Assembly: GCA_951406725.2 (NCBI GenBank) | Contig: OX597830.1 | Coordinates: forward strand, 24,676,001-24,740,000 | Source of the DNA: Octopus vulgaris | Taxonomy: Eukaryota | Length of the DNA: 64,000 bases | Reading direction: 5' to 3' | Shown: piece by piece, positions 54,963 through 64,000 of the stretch | Layout: every line of letters starts with the position of its first letter | Position numbering within the stretch: position 1 is the stretch's first letter | Notes under the pieces: generated by a model | The model's database searches: none | Seen by the model: the letters and a program-made list of their open reading frames with translations, nothing else | What the model was told of the DNA's origin: nothing | Position numbers and translations under genes: made by a program

Positions 54963-56051
54963 ACAGTTCTTGTAGTGATGATGGTAGAGGATATCAACTC
55001 CTTACTCGTTTTTCTAAAATGCACCATAAATGTTCAATAATATTGAGATCTGGGGACTGTGGTGGCCAGATAAAATGTTCAACTTCACTAGAATGTTCTT
55101 CATGCCATTCAATAACAACTTTAGCTGTGTGAATTGGTGCATTATCATCCTGAAAGATTGTGTTTCCACCCAGTAACAGTTCCGCAACCAGAGAATGAAT
55201 TTGATACGATAAAATGCTTAAATAGTCTTGATTATTAATTCTGCCATGAAGGGACACCATTGGACTTGGTGGATTTCCAAGATATAGCCCCCCACCCAGA
55301 TCATCACAGATCCTCCTCCATGTTTAACAGTTGGAAGAAGGCAGTCTGGGTCAAATGCTTCTTTTGGCTGTCGCCACATGTATACTTGGCTGGTGGTTGG
55401 AAATAATGTAAAGGATGACTCATCTGAGAAAATAACATTCTTCCACTGCTCTAGGGACCAATTCTGTAGGTTTTTACTCCACTCTAAACACTTTGCCAAT
55501 GTTTGTTTTTGAAAGTAGTGGCTTTCTGATTGCAGCCCTCTCATGAAATCTGGCTTAGTGCAGCTCCTGGTGAACAGTTTTTGTGGAAACTGAGTTCTCG
55601 AGGTGGTCACTAAGCTCTGCAGTAATTTTGTACTTTTGCTATCCTTTTTAACGATTTGCGTAAGAGTCCAACAGTCCTTATCTGAAAGCTTTGGTTTTTT
55701 TCCAGAGTTTTGTTCAGCAAGGAGGTTTTTTCCCTCTTTCTCAAAGGATGTCATTACTTTCGTGAGAGGTACTTCTTGATACACCAAACATTTCAGCTGT
55801 TTTTGTTACACTAGTGCCTGCCATATGAGCACCAACAATTTGACCTCTTTGAAAGTCCGATAGATATGTCATTTTAATGAATTTTAATTACCTTTTTCTG
55901 ATGATATCTGAAAAGAAACAGCAATTTCAGCAAAACATCTTAGGCAACACTAATAATAAACCAAAAAACATAATAGCTAGCAATCTTTTGACAGTTTTAT
56001 AGATGTTTCAAAATTGATGCCAGGTGTTTCCATTATTCTGTCCAACCCTTG
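54963..56051 (-). mobile_element. Tc1-like transposon, same family as 11686-12870; opposite TIR retained
   Basis: WKNVIFSDESSF, PTVKHGGGSVMIW, FQDDNAPIH, WPPQSPDLNIIEHLW (DD34E-type); TIR ggtgtttccattattctgtccaacccttg|TA. Confidence 0.93.
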
Positions 56052-56189
56052 TATATATTACGAAGTTAATTGTTATGTCTTGTCATAGAGTGGCAAATTA
56101 CTGCTCTAATATTTTAGAGTGTGCTTCTTGTTTGGATATATGAACTACTGATGTTATATATACATATGTGTGTGTGTGTATATATATGT

Positions 56190-56419
56190 ACCAGAGTAAG
56201 CACATAAGTGTAAAACCAAAACAAGGTGGAAAAATAGTACTTGAATACCAGAGGTAGAGTAATATGCTTTATTAAAAAGGAGCAAAAAATCACAAAAACT
56301 GTTACTAAGAGTTTCACGTTCCCGTTCATCGGACAGTTTCGTTTCTAACTGTCCATTGAACAGGAACATGAAACTCTGAGTAACAGTTTTAGTGATATTT
56401 TTGCTGCTTTTTAATAAAG
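56190..56419. mobile_element. Palindromic element (56267-56419) with minimal hammerhead folds
   Basis: Minus 56338-56297: aactgt-CCGATGA-acg(ggaa)cgt-GAAAC-tctta-GTA-acagtt. Degenerate mirror copy at plus 56347-56388. Confidence 0.78.
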
Positions 56420-56496
56420 TGTGTGTGTATATATATATATATATGTTAAGATAAAACTTACTTAGAAATGGATGCGTGCGTTTCGTCTAGAAACTA

Positions 56497-57910
56497 GGTG
56501 TAGGTAGAAACTCCATAAGATGTACCCAGTGTAAGCTATGGATGCATAAGAGGTGCAGCAACATCAAAGGGAAATTAACTGATAAGATAGCTTTTATGTG
56601 CGGCAGATGCACAGGGTCAATAGACACCACAAATACTCAGAAAACAGATTCCATCATGCTTCAGGGGAAGAAACTAGAAGTAGTTGATAGTTTTCGCTAC
56701 CTAGGTGACCAAGTTAGTAGTGGAGGTGGATGCTCAGAGAGTGTCATCACTAGAATAAGAATAGCCTGGGCAAAGTTTAGAAAGCTCCTACCCTACTGGT
56801 GACAAAGGGTCTCTTTCTAAGAGTGAAAGGTAGATTGTATGATGCATGTGTGCAAACCGCTATGCTTCACAGTAGTGAAACATGGGTTGTGACTGCAGAG
56901 GACATGCGTAGACTTGAAAGAAATGAAGCTAGCATGATCCGCTGGATGTGTAATGTCAGTGTGCACACACGACAGAGTGTAAGCACCCTGAGAGAAATGC
57001 TGGACATAAGAAGCTTCAGATGTGGTGTGCAAGAGAGACGTTTGCGCTGGTATGGTCATGTACTGTGGATGGATGAGGAAAGATGTGTGAAGAAGTGCCA
57101 CTCCCAAACAGTTGAAGGTATCAAGGGGAGAGGTAGACCCAGGAAGACATGGGATGAGTTAGTCAAGCATGACCTTCGAACATTGGGCCTCACAGAGGCA
57201 ATGACGAAAGATCAAGATCTCTGGAGATATGCTGTGACTGCAAAGACCCGGGCTGCTTCCTCCACCAGTTTCGCATAACCCCAGCTCATCCAAAGTACCT
57301 GGATTGCAGAACGACCTGTTGTGCTTACCTTGGATCGTAAGGTGACTTGCTGTGCTTGAGGAGACCTATTGAGTCAAGTACATCAATATCAGTATCAAAA
57401 CAAATATCAAATGGAAATTGTAGTTACATGATACGTGTGCCCAAAGTACATAAAAAGCACCATCCAAACGTGGCCGATGCCAGCGTTGCCTTGACTGGCT
57501 TCTGTGCCGGTGCACATGACCTGCTGTGCTTGAGGAGACCTATTAAGTCAAGTACATCAACATCAAAATAAATATCAAATGGAAATTGTAGTTGTGATAC
57601 CTGTGCCGGTGGCACATAAAAAGCACCATCCAAATGTGGCCGATGCCAGCACTGCCTTGACTGGCTTCTGTGCCGGTGGCACGTAAAAAGCACCAACCAA
57701 TCGTGGCCACTGCCAGCCTCCCCTGGCACTTGTGCTGGTGGCACATAAAAAGCACCCACTACACTCACGGAGTGGTTGGCGTTAGGAAGGGCATCCAGCT
57801 GTGGAAACACTGCCAGATCAGACTGGAGCCTCTTGGCTTCCCAGACTCTGGTCGAACAGTCCAACCCGTGCTCGCACGGAAAACGGACATTAAACAATGA
57901 TGATGATGAT
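56497..57910 (+). mobile_element. 5'-truncated RTE LINE: ORF2 C-terminus (one frameshift near 56795, stop 57278), 3'UTR with internal duplication, (GAT)n tail
   Basis: LEVVDSFRYLGD (RT thumb), KGRLYDACVQTAMLHSSETW, RRLRWYGHV, GRGRPRKTW. Confidence 0.95.
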
Positions 57911-59007
57911 ATGTATATATATATATATATATTTACGAGGAGGTTGCTGAAAAGGTCCTGACCTTTGGTAAAAGAAAATACAGGAGGATCAGTTAATTGA
58001 TTTTATTCAACATATTGCCCTCTCTGATTCACACACTTTTTGGTGCAGTCCTTCAGTTTTTCTAAGCCCTGTAAATGAATTTGGAAGGTTGGGCTCCCAT
58101 CCAAGGCATCCATGATACCCTTAAAGCCAGGAACCTTTCAACAGCCCTTATAATATGTATGTAAATATGGTCATCAGCATTATTTTAATGTCCATGCTTT
58201 CATGAGTCAGAAGAGTTTATTGAAGCAAAGTTTTCAAAAGTCAGATGTCCTTCCTGTCACCAACCCTTACCTGTTTCCAAACAAGGTAAATTTTCCCCTA
58301 GGCCAGACATATTTGTGCAGGATATTGGAATAAGATAACCCAGCTCATATGACTGTGACGCTCATTTACCACAGTTTCATTGTGTCAAGACAAGGAAGCA
58401 CTGCCTGACACACCTATATAAATACACATAAGAGAAAAAGAGTATTCATAAGTAGACAGACTGACAGACTCACTCCCTTGTTCACTCCTCATGCATTCAA
58501 TTATTCACTTTCTCACTCGCTATTTCATTCATTCATTCGGTCATTCATTCATTCATTCATTTCAAGGAGTGACAAGTTCAAAAAGCTTTGTCTGACCAGT
58601 TAGAATAAAGTACTCAAAGATAAGTCTGAGAGTTTTCTGATGAGACCTAGGTGAAATAGAATATATTTTGTCTGACTAATGATTTTGGATTAATTATTAT
58701 ATCATCATCATCATCATCATACATCTGTTTTCCATGCTGGCATAGGTTGGACGGCTTGGCAGGAAGTAACAAACTGGAGAGCTGCACCAGGCTCCAGTCC
58801 CTTTTGGTTTGGTTTTTGTAACTGGATGCCCTTCTTAATGCCAACCACTCCACAAAATGTAATGGTTGCCTTTAATATCTTGCTGGCACAGGTGCCTCTT
58901 ATGTGTCACGAGGGCCTTTTATGTGTCATATATATTTGTATATAATCTATAATCTTCCAGTATTTTATTTTAAGTGATGACACATAGCTTTTTGAATTTG
59001 TTGTCCA

Positions 59008-59048
<41 letters not shown>

Positions 59049-59906
59049 TAAAACCTTGATATCAGAAAGTTATTGATGTGTTAAAATATTTAACTCAAAT
59101 TTCAATTCAGCTATTTCATTTCAGAGCTGCAAATCCATAGATTATCTTTCGGATAAATACCTTTAGTTATGCCAGGCATTTTGTAGACTTACACTTCTGT
59201 CCACAGTCACGACTCAGTATGGGTGGGTGTGTGTTAGTGTGTGTGTACGTACACGCTGTCAGCATGTCTCTTTGTTTTGTATGTCTCTCTTCAAAGTCAC
59301 CATGGTATGGTGCACTAAGCAAACACAATTAAGAACACAACCCATAGACACACATCATCACCATTATCATCATCATCGTTTAATGTTCAGTCTCCATGCT
59401 GGCATGGGTTGGATGGTTTGACATGGATGGAGCTAGCTAACAGGGAGCTGTCCAGACTTGAGCTGTCTGATTTGGCCAGGGTTTCTACAGTTGGATGCCC
59501 TTCCTAATGCCAACCACTTAACAGTGTGCCAGGTGCTTTTACCTGTCACTGTCAACGGTGCATTTACTCATCACCGGTACAGGTGTTTTAATGCAACACT
59601 GGTACTGGTGTATTTTAAGTGGCACTTGCACCTGAAAGACAAGACTGTATGCGTGGAAGACAGTGATTCTATTTAGCTTTATACGTCCATGAATATATAT
59701 TCTTTCACTTGTTTCAGTCATTTGACTGTGGCTATGCTGGAGCACCACCTTTAGTTGAGCAAATCGACCTCAGGACTTATTCTTTGTAAGCCTAGTACTT
59801 ATTCTATCAGTGTCTTTCGCCGAACTGCTAAGTTACGGGGACGTAAACACACCAGCATCGGTTGTCAAGAGGTGTTGGGGAGACAAACACAGACACACAA
59901 ACATAT

Positions 59907-59959
<53 letters not shown>

Positions 59960-60466
59960 TGCGACAGGCTTCTTTCAGTTTCCGTCCACCAAATCTACTC
60001 ACAAGGCTTGGGTCAGCCCAAGGCTATGGTAGAAGACACTTGCTCAAGGTACCTTGAACCCGGAACAATGTGGTTGGTAAGCAAGCTACTTACCACACAG
60101 CCACTCCTGCGCTTGTCAGAACCTATAGAACCATCTGACCCATGCCAGCAATGTAAAGGAGACATTAAATGATGTTCATAATGTATATGTAGTTGTTCAT
60201 GCATAGATATGCATTTGTGTCTGTGTGTGTGTATATATATATATATAAATATATATATATATATCCCCTCTCCCTCTCTTGAAGAGGCACAAGCACCTGC
60301 ACACACACATATATATACATACAGCAGTAACTTCTGCCTACCAAATTCAATCACAAAGCTTTGGCCTGGGGTTATAGCAGAAGAGACTTGCCCAAAGTGC
60401 CACGCGGTGGGGCTGAACCCGAAACCATGTAGCTAGGAAGCAAGCTTCCTAACCACACAGCCGTGC

Positions 60467-60515
<49 letters not shown>

Positions 60516-60920
60516 CAACAATCATATAACAACCAGTTAATGATGTGGATTAAAAACCATCTTTAACATATGAATATACATAAATTACAGAATATTGGTA
60601 CGCCTGGCAAACCGTGATGGTTAAGCTGCATGTGGACTGGTCTAAACCATATTCCAAAAATTCAGGTTGCTGGAGCGTTCCAAGAGGTCCTACTGTTGTC
60701 AAGAACTCATTAGTCAGTTATATACAGTTTGAAATCTGATGATTACAATGAACATATGAAAATGCTAACTGAGCTTTATGAACATTACAAAATATCTTTT
60801 TAACTTTAAAATACCATAATAAAAACACGAAAACCAGACCATGTTTTAACTTTATTCCACTGATATATCATACTATACACATTCACACAAATTCAGAATA
60901 CATATATATATATATATATA

Positions 60921-61222
60921 TCATCATCATCATCATTTAGCGTCCGCTTTCCATGCTAGCATGGGTTGGATGGTTCAACTGGAGTCTGTGAAGCCAGAAG
61001 GCTGCATCAGGCCCAGTCTGATCTGGCAGTGTTTCTACGGCTGGATGCCCTTCCTAACGCCAACCACTCCGTGAGTGTAGCGGGTGCTTTTTACGTGCCA
61101 CCCGCACAGGTGCCAGACGGAGCTAGCAAACGGCGATGGACGGATGGTGCTTTTTACGTGCCCCCGGCACCGGGGCCAGGCGAGGCTGGCAACGGCCACG
61201 AACGGATGGTGCTTTTTACATG
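60921..61222 (-). mobile_element. 5'-truncated RTE 3'UTR between (TA)n tracts (older copies at about 37990-38157, 52090-52285, 53075-53600, 58700-58920, 59355-59640)
   Basis: (cat)n plus ccatgctagcatgggttgg...ctggatgcccttcctaacgccaaccactcc. Confidence 0.85.
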
Positions 61223-61623
61223 CCATATATATATGAAAGTATTTCTGTCTATCTATCTGTCTATCTATATACATATGTCTCTTCTATATTTAATTATTTA
61301 AACCCTTCCTCTGGAGAAGGAGCTGGTTTCTAACAAAGATACAAATCTCCATCTTTAGAATGTAGTTAACGAAAGCAATGTCACATTTTGAACCTGAGAA
61401 AAGTCTTCCATAGTTTTACTGTTCCAGTTACAGATTGTATTTGTAATGTGCGAATTAGTTGGTTGATTTCGTTTTCTGCTCTGGTTATTATCGGTATGAA
61501 TGTAAATTTATAATCTGAATATAGAAGCTAAAGGTTTCGACGCAGTTGTCCATAGTTATTTTCTTTCTCTTCGATTTTCAGCGAGATATTCACACCTGCA
61601 GGACAGCTGACCTCTATGACAGT

Positions 61624-61812
61624 CAGTGCCGGATTTAGGACAAATGAGGCCCTTTGCTAGTTAAGTTAAAAGGCCCCTTACTTGCACAATCAGGCATACA
61701 TGCTTGGGAAACTAAGCGTAAAAAATTTGGGTGGGGCAGAAAAATGGGCCCCTCCTGGTCAACAAAGCCCTGTACTTAAAAACACCTAAGCGCAATGGTA
61801 AATCCAGTATTG
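61624..61812. mobile_element. hAT-type MITE
   Basis: Perfect 8-bp TSD atgacagt (61616-23, 61813-20); TIRs cagtgccggattta / taaatccagtattg. Confidence 0.85.
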
Positions 61813-61857
61813 ATGACAGTACATAATTTTTTTTATATATTCATGTATGTATATATG

Positions 61858-62026
61858 CACTAGCATAGGTAGAATGTGTACCACCCGGGGCAGTCCTTCT
61901 ATCTGCCGTCCCCGGACCCCACAAAAGAACACATATTGCCTACAGCAGACCCTAAAGTGGTGATCCTTTGAAAGTGCTCTCCGCCCCTACTACACTGCCT
62001 ACTGCACCCCACTAGCTACTCTAGTG
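61858..62026. mobile_element. hAT-type MITE (right end duplicated at about 62066-62090)
   Basis: TIRs cactagcataggtag / ctagctactctagtg; 8-bp flanks tatatatg on both sides. Confidence 0.7.
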
Positions 62027-63949
62027 TATATATGCTGCACATATGTATGCATATATGCACCTCAACCGCACCCCACTAGCTACGCTAGTGTATATATCTG
62101 TATGCAGGCCACTGTCGCTATACAATGTCTTCCTAGCTGTGTATGTGTGTGTGTGCGTGTGTCTATGTTCCTAGTTAAGTACGTATTTGTTTAGCGTACC
62201 CTCCCACCGCCACCAGCATGTCTTACTAACAGTTGTAACATTTGTCAACCTCTACGGTTTCACTCTCCTCCCCTTCCCCCCTCCCCCCCCTCTTATCGTG
62301 TTATGTTTACTGATTGATATTAGAAGTCGAGAAGGCGGTTTGTCGAAGGCGAAAGACTGTCCTGTCTATACGGGTGTGTGAGTGAATGCATCTGTATGTG
62401 TTTTGTGTCGTTCCGGCTTGCTCAGTATCTATACACCTTAAGCTTTATTGTATTGAAGTAATCCAGTCACAGTGTCTCTTCTTCGACGTGTGTATGTGAC
62501 TGTCATTACATCTATCTATTTCTTGTGTGCTTATTTACAAGCGTATTCATTCACCACTCTTAACTATTGTAGAGAAATATGTTTACGTGCGAATTGTCCA
62601 CATACCAGAGGGTCCCAGCTGAGATGTTTTGAATTGTTTCCCTCTATTGTCATTCGCCCTTTCCTCTTTTCCCCTCCCTCACATGCCATCCTTCTACTTC
62701 TCGTTTCCCCTCTCCCCTCTCTCTAGAATGTATAGATATATATTTGTTTCAGTCACTGAACTTCGGCCATGCTGGGGCATCACCTTGAAGGGCGTTGGTC
62801 AAACAAATCGCCCCTAATACTGTTTTTTCTTTTCTTTTTTTTTTTTTTTAAGCCTGGAACTTTGTCTATTAGTGTCTTTTGCCGAACTGCTAAGTTATGA
62901 GGGTGTAAACAAGTCAACACTGACTGTCAAGCAGTGATGGGGGTAAAACACAAAGCTACACTCATACATACATACATACATACATACACACACACACATA
63001 CATACATACATACATATATACACCCATACATACATACACACACATACATATGCACATTCATACACACGCACCATACATACATACATACACACACATACAT
63101 ATACACGCACATACATAGATACACACACACATACATACATACATACACACAGTTCAGCAAAAGAGACTGATAGAATAAGTACTAGGCTAACAAAGAATAA
63201 GTTTTGGGGTTGATTTCTTCAACTAAAAAAACCCTTTAAGGTGGTGCTCCAGCGTGATCGCAGTCAAATGACTGAAACAAGTGAAAGAGTGAAAGAATGT
63301 ATGTATGTATCTTTTTTTTATTTTACTTGTTTCAGTCATTTGACTGCAGCCATGCTGGAGCACCACCTTTAGTCGAGCAAATCAACCCCAGCACTTATTC
63401 ATTGTAAGCCTAGTACTTATTCTATCGATCTCTTTTGCCAAACCGCTAGTTTATGGGGACGTAAACACACCAGCATCAATTGTCAAGCGATGTTGGGGGA
63501 ACAAACACAGACACACAAACGCACACATATATATATATACATATATATAACAGGCTTCTTTCAGTTTCCGTCTACCAAATCCACTCATAAGGCTTTGGTT
63601 GGCCCAAGGCTATAGTAAAAGACACTATAGCCTTGGGCCGAACAAAGGTGCCACACAGTGAGACTGAACCCGGAACCATGTGATTGGTAAGCAAGCTGCT
63701 TACCACACAGCCTCTCCTACGCCTACAGTGTATATGTATGAGTCTAGAGAGATATGTTATCAGACTGGATACCAAGGTAGCTCTCAGTTATGTTTGGGTT
63801 ACGTTACACTGTGCAATGGAAACACATGTCATAACCATAAAAATATGTTGTATGAAATTGTAAAATATAAGGAAATAAATTTTGAGTAGGTACCAGCCTC
63901 CACATTCTATATCATTATAATTATTGCTTATATATATATATATATATAT

Positions 63950-64000
63950 GTCCCGTTCGTCAGACAGTTTTTCTTAACAAAACTGTCCGACAAACAGGAA
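63950..64000. mobile_element. Start of another palindromic hammerhead element (family of 56267-56419), cut by the window edge
   Basis: Minus strand reads aaactgt-CTGACGA-acggga; plus strand then reads aaactgt-CCGACAA-acaggaa. Confidence 0.65.

Noticed and set aside
61570-61640. Strong-looking acceptor ttttcag as the next myosin exon (also checked near 36850, 41415, 54020, 59120)
   Set aside because: Phase-2 translations give no IQ or myosin-like sequence, hit stops, or run into a MITE

Overview
Eukaryotic, AT-rich, repeat-saturated genomic DNA, most likely from an octopus (inferred from the SINE and LINE families; not verified). The window appears to lie inside a very large + strand gene. 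Only two convincing coding exons were found (21843-21966 and 32440-32615). They splice in frame and encode the converter and first IQ motifs of an unconventional myosin most similar to class XV. The rest is intron, packed with tRNA-derived SINEs (at least 4 families), 5'-truncated RTE LINEs, Tc1/mariner/maT, piggyBac, hAT and pogo remnants and MITEs, non-autonomous Helitrons, microsatellites (including about 1.75 kb of (TA)n) and a 14-bp minisatellite. Nearly all ORFs in the supplied track are microsatellite or SINE artefacts. The most interesting signal is a set of short non-coding elements carrying minimal type-I hammerhead ribozyme folds of the Penelope type. There are at least 4 sequence families, mostly arranged as head-to-head inverted pairs. 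One has a tRNA-like Pol III head and a 15-bp target-site duplication, and two families show a CCGANGA core variant.
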